Of a DNA stretch of 64,000 nucleotides, positions 13,592 to 23,132 are shown piece after piece; the stretch's first letter is position 1; each line of letters opens with the position of its first letter. The stretch comes from an uncultured Pasteurellaceae bacterium. Lineage in GTDB: Bacteria > Pseudomonadota > Gammaproteobacteria > Enterobacterales > Pasteurellaceae. The DNA lies in NCBI GenBank assembly GCA_963525745.1, contig CAURMH010000001.1:3793-67792 (forward strand), written 5' to 3'. The notes below the pieces were generated by a model. That model saw nothing but the letters and a program-made list of their open reading frames with translations. It was not told the DNA's origin and did no database searches. A program made the translations under genes and the position numbers.

Positions 13592-13619
13592 TTGCCTAAT
13601 TAACAAATCTCCCTAAAAT
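13592..13619 (+). promoter_or_regulatory. Candidate sigma-70 promoter for fabD-fabG
   Basis: TTGCCT, a 16-nt spacer, then TAAAAT, about 45 nt upstream of the fabD ATG. Sequence match only. Confidence 0.3.
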
Positions 13620-13662
13620 TGACCGCACTTTTACCTAAAATCACACAATGCAAGGATAAAAA

Positions 13663-14601
13663 ATGAAAAAATTTGCAATGGTTTTTCCGGGACAAGGTTC
13701 CCAGTCGGTAGGGATGCTTGCCGAATTGGCTGCAGAATACCCGATCGTGACCAAAACCTTCAAACAAGCGTCCGACGCGCTGGGTTATGACTTGTGGCAT
13801 TTGACGCAACAAGGCCCGACAGAGGAACTTAATAAAACGTGGCAAACGCAGCCTGCACTTTTAGCCGCTTCCGTCGCCATTTATCGTGTGTGGCAGGAAA
13901 AATATCCCCAATTCAAACCGACGGCGATGGCCGGACATAGTTTAGGGGAATATTCCGCTTTAGTTTGTGCGGGAGCGTTGGATTTTCAAGAGGCGATTAA
14001 ATTAGTGGCGTTGCGTGGTAAGCTCATGCAGCAAGCCGTTCCGGAAGGCACAGGTGCGATGTATGCGATTATCGGATTAAACAATGAGACGATTATTAAT
14101 GCATGCAAACAAGCCGAACAAGGCGAAGTGGTTTCGGCGGTTAATTTTAACTCGCCGGGTCAAGTCGTTATCGCCGGCGCCAAAGCCGCAGTTGAGCGAG
14201 CGGCGGCATTATGTAAAGCGGCGGGAGCAAAACGCGCGTTACCGTTGGCCGTCAGCGTGCCTTCCCATTGTGAACTCATGAAACCGGCGGCGGAGCAATT
14301 GGCTAATGCCTTAGCCGGTATTGCTATTAATGCACCTGAAATCGCCGTAATCAATAATGTCGATGTTCGTGTCGAATCGGAAAGTACACAAATTTGTACC
14401 GCACTTGTGCGCCAATTGTACAGCCCTGTTCGTTGGACGGAAACGGTAGAGAAAATGGCACAGGACGGCATTGAAATATTGGTCGAAATCGGCCCGGGTA
14501 AAGTGTTAAATGGCCTGACAAAACGGATTATCGCCGAATTACAAGCCGTTTCGGTCAATGACACCACTTCGTTAAACGCTATTGAAGACGCATTAAAATA
14601 A
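13663..14601 (+). CDS. fabD: Malonyl-CoA:ACP transacylase
   Basis: FPGQGSQ and GHSLGEYSAL active-site motifs; 312 aa. Confidence 0.97.
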   Translation: MKKFAMVFPGQGSQSVGMLAELAAEYPIVTKTFKQASDALGYDLWHLTQQGPTEELNKTWQTQPALLAASVAIYRVWQEKYPQFKPTAMAGHSLGEYSALVCAGALDFQEAIKLVALRGKLMQQAVPEGTGAMYAIIGLNNETIINACKQAEQGEVVSAVNFNSPGQVVIAGAKAAVERAAALCKAAGAKRALPLAVSVPSHCELMKPAAEQLANALAGIAINAPEIAVINNVDVRVESESTQICTALVRQLYSPVRWTETVEKMAQDGIEILVEIGPGKVLNGLTKRIIAELQAVSVNDTTSLNAIEDALK

Positions 14602-14610
14602 GGAAAAAAT

Positions 14611-15339
14611 ATGCAACGTAAAATCGCTTTAGTGACCGGCGCCACGCGCGGAATCGGTCGTGCAATCGCTCAAGAATTAGCCGACCAAAATGTTTTTGTC
14701 ATTGGTACGGCAACTTCTGAAAAAGGCGCCGACGCTATCTCGGCGTATCTTGGTGAAAAAGGGACCGGTTTGGTCTTGAATGTTGCCGATAAACTATCCA
14801 TCGAAACAACATTAACCCAAATCAATGAGAAATTCGGCGATATTGATATTTTAGTCAATAATGCCGGAATTACGCGCGACAATTTATTAATGCGCATGAA
14901 AGAAGAAGAGTGGTTCGATATTATGCAAACCAATTTAACCTCTGTCTTTTATCTTTCTAAAGCGCTCCTGCGGTCAATGATGAAAAAACGTTTCGGACGT
15001 ATTATTACTATCGGTTCGGTGGTCGGTTCAATGGGCAATCCGGGACAATCCAACTATTGCGCAGCAAAAGCCGGGCTCATCGGTTTTTCTAAAGGATTGG
15101 CAAAAGAAGTGGCTTCGCGCGGCATTACCGTAAATGTCGTCGCACCGGGTTTTATCGCAACGGACATGACCGAAGTATTAACGGAAGAACAAAAATCCGG
15201 CATTCTTTCTAATGTGCCCGCCGGTCGCCTCGGCGAACCGAAGGACATCGCTAAAGCGGTGGCCTTTTTGGCGTCCGATGATGCCGGCTATATTACCGGC
15301 ACAACGTTGCATGTCAACGGCGGATTATACATGGGCTAA
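14611..15339 (+). CDS. fabG: 3-oxoacyl-ACP reductase
   Basis: SDR motifs TGATRGIG, NNAG and YCAAK; 242 aa; directly after fabD. Confidence 0.97.
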   Translation: MQRKIALVTGATRGIGRAIAQELADQNVFVIGTATSEKGADAISAYLGEKGTGLVLNVADKLSIETTLTQINEKFGDIDILVNNAGITRDNLLMRMKEEEWFDIMQTNLTSVFYLSKALLRSMMKKRFGRIITIGSVVGSMGNPGQSNYCAAKAGLIGFSKGLAKEVASRGITVNVVAPGFIATDMTEVLTEEQKSGILSNVPAGRLGEPKDIAKAVAFLASDDAGYITGTTLHVNGGLYMG

Positions 15340-15400
15340 TGATTACTGTGATGGAGAAGTGCGGTTGATTTTTTTGAAATTATGTAAAAGTCACTCAGAG

Positions 15401-15499
15401 CTGAAATCACGGTAACTGAACCTGAAAGGAAGTAAGTGATTTCAGTAACGCCATGCACAAAACTCGTTCTCCAACAAGCTCGGCAACCGTTTTGTGCAT
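15401..15499. other. Two tandem long-stem hairpins (10-bp and 11-bp perfect stems, 25-nt loops) between convergent fabG and menB
   Basis: CTGAAATCAC (15401-15410) pairs with GTGATTTCAG (15436-15445). ATGCACAAAAC (15453-15463) pairs with GTTTTGTGCAT (15489-15499). A USS(+) at 15354 and a USS(-) at 15525 flank them. Confidence 0.75.
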
Positions 15500-15556
15500 T
15501 TGTTACATAATAGAGCCAATTTTAACCGCACTTTACTCAGGGCAAGCCTGAAACAA

Positions 15557-16414
15557 TTAAGGATTACGTCTAAATTTACTGAAGTCCGGCGCGCGTTTTT
15601 CATTAAATGCATTACGGCCTTCCTGACCTTCCTCCGTCATATAAAATAACATGGTCGCATTGCCGGCAAGCTCCTGTAATCCCGCCTGTCCGTCACAATC
15701 CGCATTCAACGCCGCTTTCAAACAACGTAAAGCAATCGGGCTGTTGCGTAGCATTTCACGGCACCAGCGCACGGTTTCCTTTTCCAATTCGGCATAAGGG
15801 ACAACCGTATTAACTAATCCCATTTCTAATGCTTCTTGCGCGTTGTATTGGCGACATAAGAACCAGATTTCACGTGCTTTTTTCTGACCGACAATACGCG
15901 CCATGTAGCTGGCGCCCCAGCCGCCGTCAAAAGAACCGACTTTCGGGCCGGTTTGTCCATAAATCGCATTATCGGCCGAAATCGTCAAATCACACAGCAT
16001 ATGTAACACATGCCCGCCGCCAATCGCGTATCCTGCCACCATTGCCACTACCGGTTTCGGGCAGGAACGAATATCGCGTTGAAAATCCAGCACATTTAAG
16101 TGATGTACGCCACTATCGTCTTTATAGCCGCCGTAATCACCACGTACTTTTTGATCGCCGCCGGAACAGAAAGCTTTTTCGCCTTCGCCCGTTAATACGA
16201 TGACACCGATATTTTCATCAAAACGGGCGTCAGCAAATGCATTAATCATTTCTTTGACGGTTTGAGGACGAAACGCATTGCGTACCTCCGGGCGGTTAAT
16301 AGTGATTTTTGCAATGCCGTCCGTCGATTTGTGGTAACGAATGTCGGCGTAGCCTTCACTGCAATCGAGCCATTCAACGGGCGCATATAAAATGTCATCT
16401 TTTGGATTTTGCAT
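15557..16414 (-). CDS. menB: 1,4-dihydroxy-2-naphthoyl-CoA synthase
   Basis: N-terminus [35 protein letters not shown] closely follows E. coli MenB. Crotonase fold; 285 aa. Confidence 0.95.
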   Translation of the reverse strand: MQNPKDDILYAPVEWLDCSEGYADIRYHKSTDGIAKITINRPEVRNAFRPQTVKEMINAFADARFDENIGVIVLTGEGEKAFCSGGDQKVRGDYGGYKDDSGVHHLNVLDFQRDIRSCPKPVVAMVAGYAIGGGHVLHMLCDLTISADNAIYGQTGPKVGSFDGGWGASYMARIVGQKKAREIWFLCRQYNAQEALEMGLVNTVVPYAELEKETVRWCREMLRNSPIALRCLKAALNADCDGQAGLQELAGNATMLFYMTEEGQEGRNAFNEKRAPDFSKFRRNP

Positions 16415-16564
16415 ATCGGATTCTCTCGCATAATAAAAAGTGCGGTCATTATAGCGGAAGTTTTACCAATCAAGAACAGAAAATCGCATTCCGCTTTATC
16501 CCCATGCATTTTGTTGTTAGAATTTTGCTGCTATTTTTCTCATTTTTCGCATAAGGATTTTAAA

Positions 16565-17134
16565 GTGAAAAAATCGATTATTTTTTACACAGCTTGGATG
16601 TTGTCGAGCTGTTCTTTATTTGCTCAGGCACCCAATGAATCGCCCATCCCGGGCGAGTATGCCGGCGCGGATTATATTTTAGCCGATAAGGACGCCAAAC
16701 GGTGGGTCATTGCCAGCCAACAGGCAGAACAATGTATTTACCCGACATTAACACGCATTCAACAAGCGCATTTTTCTAAAGAGGACAACTATATTCATTC
16801 GCAATATGTCTTTTTTTACCCGCTAGAAGAAATTATCGGCGAACAATATGTGAAAATGATTCAGAATGATGAAAAATCAATGGGTTATGCCACTTATCTG
16901 TTTAAGAAATTCAAAGCGGAAGGAGATCAAAAAATCGACTCGATGGATGACGTGACTTGTCAGCGCTTACAGGTCAATGCCCGTGATGATCTTGCTGTGG
17001 TTAAAGGGCAATATAAAAGCGGCATGCAGGATGAGAAAAAGAACGAAGGCGCACAGAACACGGATGGCGTCGCCACGAATCAAAATAAATTTTTCTTTGA
17101 CATCATAAAATGGGGTTCTATGTTCCTGCTCTAG
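16565..17134 (+). CDS. Hypothetical exported protein or lipoprotein
   Basis: GTG at 16565 with AAGGA 7 nt upstream. N-terminus [22 protein letters not shown] looks like a signal peptide. I recognise no family. The longer track ORF (from 16409) would overlap the menB start. Confidence 0.55.
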   Translation: MKKSIIFYTAWMLSSCSLFAQAPNESPIPGEYAGADYILADKDAKRWVIASQQAEQCIYPTLTRIQQAHFSKEDNYIHSQYVFFYPLEEIIGEQYVKMIQNDEKSMGYATYLFKKFKAEGDQKIDSMDDVTCQRLQVNARDDLAVVKGQYKSGMQDEKKNEGAQNTDGVATNQNKFFFDIIKWGSMFLL

Positions 17135-17210
17135 CGGTCGGTTTTGCCGTGCTAAACTACCGCCTTATACCGAAATCGGTGCAAGGCGGTGAAATAAAAT
17201 AACAAGCCAC

Positions 17211-18581
17211 TTATACGATTTCATCCTGATCATGATGATTCATTTTCAATCTGGCAAAATAATCTCGCGTTTCTTCAATGACCACTTTTCGCAAACCGAT
17301 TAATGCAATCAAATTCGGAAATGCCATTAAGCCGTTCACAATATCCGCCAGAATCCAAATTAGATTTAATTGCAGGAAAGAACCTATGCCGACTAAAGCA
17401 ATAAAGATCACGCGATAAAACTTAATGCCGCGGATACCGATCAAGTACACAAAGCAACGCTCGCCATAATAACACCAACCTAAAATTGTCGTAAAAGCAA
17501 AGAAGAGCAAGCCGACAGTAACAATTGTCGCTCCGACGGATGTCCCCAATCCTTGCGCAAAGGCATAATTGGTCGCTGCCGCGCCAGCGATTTCACTGTT
17601 CTGCCATACACCGGTCAAGACCAATACAATGCCCGTCATCGAACAAACGATGATTGTGTCCAAAAAAGTCCCGGTCATGGAAATTAAACCTTGTCGAACC
17701 GGTTCTTTGGTTTGCGCTGCCGCCGCGGCAATGGGCGCACTACCCAATCCTGACTCGTTAGAAAAAATCCCTCTCGCCACGCCGGATTGAATCGCTTTCA
17801 TTACTGTAAAACCAATTGCCCCGCCCAGTGCCGCTTGCGGGTCAAAGGCGCTATGAATAATCAGTGCCAATACAGCCGGAACCTGTGCCCAATTCAGAAT
17901 CAAGATGACCAATGACGTCGCTACATATAAAATTGCCATAAACGGTACAATTACCGAAGAAGCCGTTGCAATACGTTTCACGCCGCCTAAAATAATCATC
18001 GCGACCAAAAGTGTTACCACAAGTGCGGTCAAAATGACCGGAATATTAAAGGTATCTTCCATCGCATGCGTAATGGCGTTCACTTGCGGAAATGTGCCGA
18101 TACCGAAAAACGCGACTAATATGCCAAATACGGCGAATAATCTCGCCAGCCATTTCAGCCCGAGGCCGCGCTCAATATAATACATCGGGCCGCCTGCCAT
18201 AAAACCGTTTTTATCGCGCACGCGATATTTTACCGCCAATAAGCATTCGGCATACTTAGTCGCCATACCAAGCAGAGCGACCAGCCACATCCAAAAAATA
18301 GCACCCGGCCCGCCGGCTTGTACCGCCGTTGCCACACCGACAATATTGCCTGTACCGATTGTTGCGGCCAAAGCCGTGCAAAGCGCCTGAAAAGAGGACA
18401 CGTCGCCTTTTCCGCCCGCATTGTCTTTTTTAAATAAATAGGCCAATGCTCGCGGCAAATGTACGATTTGAATAAACCCGAGGCGTAAAGTGAGATAAAG
18501 CCCCGTTCCGGATAATAAGATCAATAACGGCGGCCCCCAAATAAAGGCATCGACCGCAGCTAAAATAGTCTCTATTGACAT
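17211..18581 (-). CDS. Sodium:alanine/glycine symporter (AGCS family)
   Basis: 456-aa polytopic membrane protein. The N-terminal FIWGPPLLILLSGTGLYLTLRLGFIQ pattern is typical of AGCS transporters. A glycine riboswitch lies in its leader. Confidence 0.9.
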   Translation of the reverse strand: MSIETILAAVDAFIWGPPLLILLSGTGLYLTLRLGFIQIVHLPRALAYLFKKDNAGGKGDVSSFQALCTALAATIGTGNIVGVATAVQAGGPGAIFWMWLVALLGMATKYAECLLAVKYRVRDKNGFMAGGPMYYIERGLGLKWLARLFAVFGILVAFFGIGTFPQVNAITHAMEDTFNIPVILTALVVTLLVAMIILGGVKRIATASSVIVPFMAILYVATSLVILILNWAQVPAVLALIIHSAFDPQAALGGAIGFTVMKAIQSGVARGIFSNESGLGSAPIAAAAAQTKEPVRQGLISMTGTFLDTIIVCSMTGIVLVLTGVWQNSEIAGAAATNYAFAQGLGTSVGATIVTVGLLFFAFTTILGWCYYGERCFVYLIGIRGIKFYRVIFIALVGIGSFLQLNLIWILADIVNGLMAFPNLIALIGLRKVVIEETRDYFARLKMNHHDQDEIV

Positions 18582-18675
18582 TTTGATTCCTCGTTACAAC
18601 TGAGCAAAAACTCAACAATACAAGGAGACAAAAAGAATGCGATAAATAAAGAAAAGAAAAATACCGTCGTGTCTT

Positions 18676-18868
18676 TTAGCCCCTGTCCTTTTGCCTGAGC
18701 GTTTGAAAAGCGGCGAAAAATGACCGCTCTTTTGCGCCTTCGGCGTCCCAATACGTCATATTTGGGATCTCTCCAAGGGTTCGTCCGATAACAGTCCCCG
18801 CCATCGCACCTGAAAGATTTACCTCGTCGGTGTGGGGTCGATTCCCCACTCTCCAGCTACCTTCATCC
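18676..18868 (-). promoter_or_regulatory. Tandem glycine riboswitch (two aptamers) in the 5' leader of the AGCS symporter
   Basis: Minus-strand aptamer 1: CUGGAGAG..CACCGACGAGGUAA..CAGGUGCGAUGGCGGGGAC. Aptamer 2: CUUGGAGAG..GCCGAAGGCGCAA..CUCAGGCAAAAGGACAGGGG. Both match the conserved GGAGAG / CCGAAGG.GCAA / CUCAGGCAAAAGGAC cores. Confidence 0.85.
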
Positions 18869-18918
18869 GAACATCCGACAAAATCATCAGATTTTGCCAA
18901 GCTTGAAAAAGCACGCGG

Positions 18919-18947
18919 ATTTTACCAAATTTTCCCTTTTTTCTCAA
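18919..18947 (-). promoter_or_regulatory. Candidate sigma-70 promoter driving the riboswitch and symporter
   Basis: Minus strand: TTGAGA, 17-nt spacer, TAAAAT, about 50 nt upstream of aptamer 1. Confidence 0.45.
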
Positions 18948-19084
18948 CGGTGACGGGGGCAAGGGGATAAGGCGGGGTAGAAAGTGCGGTCAAATTTTAG
19001 TGAATTTTGCAATTCATCGCCAATTCGGTAGACGTTTTTAACCTAATACGACCTCTAAAATCATCATGATAGAAAAAACGCATT

Positions 19085-19117
19085 AAAAAACGCAAACCAT
19101 GATTTGGCTTGCGTTTT
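19085..19117 (-). terminator. Rho-independent terminator of grcA
   Basis: Minus strand: AAAACGCAAGCCA-aatca-TGGTTTGCGTTTTTT, about 20 nt after the grcA stop. Confidence 0.75.
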
Positions 19118-19136
19118 AATTTAAAGTGACAATCAG

Positions 19137-19520
19137 TTAAAGGCTTTCGGTAAAAGTACGTGTAATCACATCACGTTGTTGTTCCGGCGTTAAGGAATTA
19201 AAACGAACGGCATAACCGGAAACACGAATAGTTAATTGCGGATATTTATCCGGATTATTGACAGCGTCTTCCAATGTTTCGCGACGCAATACGTTCACGT
19301 TTAAATGCTGTCCTCCTTCAACTTTTACTGTCGGCGCCACATTGACCGGAAGCTCGCGATATTCGATTTTACCTAACTCATTAATCGCAACGACCTGATC
19401 TTCCTGATAACCGTCTTTTGCGCATAAGCAACGCGCTTCGTTCGTTTCATTATCGAATAACCAGAATGAGTTTAATAAATTATCATTTGCGGCTTGTGTA
19501 ATTTGAATACCTTTAATCAT
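19137..19520 (-). CDS. grcA: Autonomous glycyl radical cofactor GrcA (YfiD)
   Basis: [20 protein letters not shown]... and the C-terminal [21 protein letters not shown] glycyl-radical motif. The ATG at 19520 is preceded by GGAGG. 127 aa, as in E. coli. Confidence 0.95.
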   Translation of the reverse strand: MIKGIQITQAANDNLLNSFWLFDNETNEARCLCAKDGYQEDQVVAINELGKIEYRELPVNVAPTVKVEGGQHLNVNVLRRETLEDAVNNPDKYPQLTIRVSGYAVRFNSLTPEQQRDVITRTFTESL

Positions 19521-19594
19521 AAGTGCCTCCTGTGTTGGCATTTGAATTTAAACTGGCTAAATTTTATCAAATAATTTTTCTCTTTCCAATTCTT

Positions 19595-19608
19595 TTGAGG
19601 CAAATCAA
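19595..19608 (-). promoter_or_regulatory. FNR-type box upstream of grcA
   Basis: TTGAG-GCAA-ATCAA matches TTGAT-N4-ATCAA at 9 of 10 positions. Its centre is about 81 nt upstream of the grcA ATG. Confidence 0.5.
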
Positions 19609-19778
19609 AAATAAATTTCACCGATTTATAAGTAAAATTAATTTAAATTAATTTTATAAAAAGGAAGAATTCAAGTAATTGTATTTCCTGTTTGAAGGAT
19701 AAATTGAAGAATAAAACATCATTTTTTATAACCGCACTTTTGATTATAATAGGTAAAAAACGGCTAATTAGGCAAATT

Positions 19779-20438
19779 ATGAAGACCTGGACAGATGTTA
19801 TCGGCAAAGAAAAAACGCAATCTTATTTTCAACATATTCTGCAGCAAGTGCATGCGGCGCGATTGGCGGGCAAAATCGTTTACCCTCCTCAAGAAGAGGT
19901 TTTTAATGCGTTTAAATTAACGCCTTTTGAAAATATAAGAGCGGTCATTTTGGGGCAAGATCCTTACCATGGGCCGAATCAGGCGCATGGTTTGGCCTTT
20001 TCGGTCAAACCCGGCGTGGCGACGCCGCCTTCTTTACTAAATATTTACAAAGAACTTGGCACAGATATTGCCGGCTTTCAGATGCCTAATCACGGATACT
20101 TGGTTAAGTGGGCCGAGCAAGGCGTTCTGTTACTTAACACGGTGTTGACGGTTGAACGTGGGCTTGCGCACTCTCATGCCAATTTAGGTTGGGAGACTTT
20201 CACTGATCGCGTTATCGCCGCGGTTAATACCCACCGGCAAAATGTGGTTTTTTTATTATGGGGCAGCCACGCACAAAAAAAAGGTCAATTTATTGACCGT
20301 ACCCGCCATTTGGTCTTAACCGCAGCGCACCCCTCTCCGCTATCCGCCTATCGCGGCTTTTTCGGATGCCGCCATTTCTCTCACACAAATGCTTATTTAC
20401 GGCAACATGACATGTCTGAGATTGATTGGCAAGTATAA
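19779..20438 (+). CDS. ung: Uracil-DNA glycosylase
   Basis: [18 protein letters not shown] and HPSPLSA motifs. The start at MKTWTDVI aligns with the E. coli Ung N-terminus. The track ORF start at 19692 is a TTG extension. Confidence 0.95.
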   Translation: MKTWTDVIGKEKTQSYFQHILQQVHAARLAGKIVYPPQEEVFNAFKLTPFENIRAVILGQDPYHGPNQAHGLAFSVKPGVATPPSLLNIYKELGTDIAGFQMPNHGYLVKWAEQGVLLLNTVLTVERGLAHSHANLGWETFTDRVIAAVNTHRQNVVFLLWGSHAQKKGQFIDRTRHLVLTAAHPSPLSAYRGFFGCRHFSHTNAYLRQHDMSEIDWQV

Positions 20439-20532
20439 TGGCTTAATTCAAACGAAAACGCTTAGCAAAGCGACCGCACTTTTCGCCATAACGTAGAAGT
20501 ATTACGTATAAAACACAATAACTTCATCCAAA

Positions 20533-21897
20533 TCACAAAATCATCTTGACCAATTTATCCGCTTTTACGCGGGCAAATTTTTTCAAAAGCTGCTGCACGG
20601 GGAGCGGATATTGGTCGAAGGCATCCAGTTGATTAAAATCCGTTAAAACGGTGGTGTGGCGGCGAATATGCTCGAGCTCAGTTTCCGCCGTGTCGCGGAG
20701 GGTTTGTTTCGGATCGTGAATCAATAAGCCGTTTTCAGCGTCCAGACGCCATGCACGAGGGTTTAAGTTATTGCCCGTTAACAATATAAATCGGTTATCG
20801 ACCCAAACGCCTTTTAAGTGATAGCTATTTTCACCGTCTTTCCACAAACGAACCGTCAGCAAACCTTGTTCTATTTCCGCTGCAAATTTTTGGCAAAAAC
20901 GACGCAAATTACTTTCGTATAAATAAGGCAACGCCCCCGCCATTTTGAACGGTTTATCCGGCGGAATATAAAAATCATTGGCGATTTTATCACCGACAAT
21001 AATTTCGATCTTTTTACCTTGATGCAGCAATTTCGTGAGTTTTTGTTGTAATGTGCGCGGAAAATTAAAATAAGGCGTACAAATGGTCAATTTTTCCTGC
21101 ACCAATAAAAACAAATCTTCAATCACGCGATTGAGCCGATTGCTTCCCGCCCCTAAACCGAAAAGCGGCGAAACGCTTAAAACATCGGAAAAATCGGCCG
21201 CACTTTGACATCGATAATTGCCGTGAGCGGCTAATTTTTTACGATAAGCGCGAATTTCCGCCCGAATTTCTTTGGTGGCCGGACAGGCATATTCCAGCGC
21301 ATGAACGACACTATCATCGAGTAAGTAGTCGTTAATAAAATTGACCATCGTATCGGCTAACGGCGCGCTGGTGATTTTTTGATAGCGGTCATAACGATAT
21401 TTATTTTGCTGTTGAAGATAGACATTATTTATGCTGGCGCCGCTGTATAGTACCGTGTCGTCAAAAATAAAGCCTTTAATATGCAGCACGCCAAATACTT
21501 CACGAGTATTAATCGGCACACCAAAAAAGAAAGGCGCATCGTCGCCGGGTTGATAACTTCGGCGTTGTTCGCCATACCAATCGGCATTGGTCGCGGATTT
21601 TTCCTCACCGAGCAAATTGCGTTGCGCGCGGTGCCAATCCACGAAAATTTTAATATCAAGTTCGGGACGAGCCTGTTTTGCGCGATAAATTTCGTTGAGA
21701 ATTTCCTGACCGGCTTCGTCTTTTTGCCAATAAAGCGCGGTGATATAAATGCGTTTTTGTGCATTTCTAATTAAGTCGATAATTTGCGTTTTAAACTCTG
21801 CCGGGCCGAATAGAAAAGTAACTTGTTCGCCTTGTAGTGGGATAAACGGCAATTTTTTCAAACGCCGTTCCGCGCGTTTTGCTTTATTTAATAACAT
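20533..21897 (-). CDS. pssA: Phosphatidylserine synthase (PLD superfamily)
   Basis: Two HKD motifs (HIKGFIFDD and HLKGVWVDN); 454 aa. Confidence 0.93.
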   Translation of the reverse strand: MLLNKAKRAERRLKKLPFIPLQGEQVTFLFGPAEFKTQIIDLIRNAQKRIYITALYWQKDEAGQEILNEIYRAKQARPELDIKIFVDWHRAQRNLLGEEKSATNADWYGEQRRSYQPGDDAPFFFGVPINTREVFGVLHIKGFIFDDTVLYSGASINNVYLQQQNKYRYDRYQKITSAPLADTMVNFINDYLLDDSVVHALEYACPATKEIRAEIRAYRKKLAAHGNYRCQSAADFSDVLSVSPLFGLGAGSNRLNRVIEDLFLLVQEKLTICTPYFNFPRTLQQKLTKLLHQGKKIEIIVGDKIANDFYIPPDKPFKMAGALPYLYESNLRRFCQKFAAEIEQGLLTVRLWKDGENSYHLKGVWVDNRFILLTGNNLNPRAWRLDAENGLLIHDPKQTLRDTAETELEHIRRHTTVLTDFNQLDAFDQYPLPVQQLLKKFARVKADKLVKMIL

Positions 21898-22068
21898 AAC
21901 TTATTCCAACCGTTGTACGAATGGGTTAGTCTACAATATTTCTTTTAAGATGGTTAGAAAAAATCATTCTTTTGGTTATAATGACGGCTGTTTTACCCTT
22001 ATTTAGTCTATTTATTAGACGATCGAAGCCGAAAGGCAATCTGAAATCTTATCGTGCGAGTCCATACT

Positions 22069-23115
22069 ATGACCAAGAAATCCGCCCCAGCCCGTTTCCA
22101 ATCAAACACCGATAAAACCTTTCGTGAACGTTATGTCGGCGATAAATCATCCCGAAATCGACCGCACTTTAGCGCCTCAAAGCCGGCGTCATCAACCTCT
22201 CCTTCCCAATCCCGCTACGCCGCGCAATCCGTTGCCGAGCCGACGTCATCTTTAACGTTAAATCGTGCTAACGGTGTCTCGGGTACCGTTGAAGTCACGG
22301 TAAAACGCTCGGAAAATAAGTCGAAAGAAAAAAAGACCGGGCCGCTTTCGCCGCGCGCGCCTGAGAAAATTAAGAAAAATCGAGCGGAAGAAATGAAAGT
22401 ATGCGGCGAAAACGCCTGTTCGGCGTTATTTGCCGAACGGCCGGAAAGCATCGTTCGGGTTTGGACAACCGTGACTATGGCTCATCGGGCGGGCGATTTA
22501 TTTCGTTATTTAGCGGCAAACAAAAAAGTCTATCATGTGGTGGAGTCGGCCGAACTGGCATTAGTTAGCGGAACCGAACATCATGGCGGCATTTGTATGT
22601 TGGTTAAAAAACCGCATGCCTTTACGTTGTCCGGCTATTTAAGTGTTCCTCATCAACAAGATTGTTTAATTTTTCTTAATGGGGTTAATAATGCCCAAAA
22701 TATAGGCGGAATATTACGCACCTGCGCTTTTTTCGGCATTAAAAATATTGTGACGGAAAATACGGAAATGCTGTATTCCTCAACAGCGTGCCGGATTGCC
22801 GAAGGCGGCGCCGAATATATTCGCGCGCTGGAAGCCAAAAACGACGGACAGGCGCTGGAAATGCTACGTCAAGCCGGTTACCGAATCGTACATATTTCAA
22901 CCGGTCATGAAACGATTAAACATCGAACAACCACACTGGATAAGATGCTATTTGAGAAAAAAACCGTGTTTGTGTTAAGCGAAAGTACAACCGCGCACTT
23001 GGCTTCTCCGCAAGATACCGTTGTTCGTTTTGCGGTGGGCGGCCCGATTAAAAACGGATTGAACGTGGCCGTGAATGCGGGAATTTTATTGGCAAAGTGG
23101 TATACAAATAATTAA
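22069..23115 (+). CDS. yfiF: SpoU/TrmH-family RNA 2'-O-methyltransferase YfiF
   Basis: Basic, Ser-rich N-terminal region followed by a SpoU-type C-terminal domain (NAQNIGGILRT, LNVAVNAGILL). ATG at 22069. Confidence 0.8.
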   Translation: MTKKSAPARFQSNTDKTFRERYVGDKSSRNRPHFSASKPASSTSPSQSRYAAQSVAEPTSSLTLNRANGVSGTVEVTVKRSENKSKEKKTGPLSPRAPEKIKKNRAEEMKVCGENACSALFAERPESIVRVWTTVTMAHRAGDLFRYLAANKKVYHVVESAELALVSGTEHHGGICMLVKKPHAFTLSGYLSVPHQQDCLIFLNGVNNAQNIGGILRTCAFFGIKNIVTENTEMLYSSTACRIAEGGAEYIRALEAKNDGQALEMLRQAGYRIVHISTGHETIKHRTTTLDKMLFEKKTVFVLSESTTAHLASPQDTVVRFAVGGPIKNGLNVAVNAGILLAKWYTNN

Positions 23116-23132
23116 ACGGCATAAAATTAAGA

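Noticed and set aside
14160-14645. 161-aa ORF antisense to fabD. Similar long antisense ORFs occur at 38723-39043 in ftsN, 40628-41074 in rapA, 32643-32990 in prmA and 15829-16203 in menB.
   Set aside because: Each lies entirely opposite a gene with strong motif support and has a low-complexity Ala/Ser/Arg-rich translation. None has a recognisable domain or SD. These are typical shadow ORFs.
16409-16564. N-terminal 52-aa extension of the hypothetical ORF, as drawn in the ORF track.
   Set aside because: It would overlap the menB start and promoter region. The GTG at 16565, with an AAGGA SD, is immediately followed by a signal peptide and is a better start.
18676-18900. 74-aa track ORF upstream of the AGCS symporter.
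   Set aside because: It coincides exactly with the tandem glycine riboswitch, and the conserved RNA motifs explain the sequence. There is no SD.
18955-18977. G-rich tract GGGGGcaaGGGGataaGGcGGGG just upstream of the riboswitch promoter, considered as a possible G-quadruplex.
   Set aside because: It has only three runs of three or more G plus one GG, so a canonical three-tetrad G4 is not supported. There is no second copy or other context.
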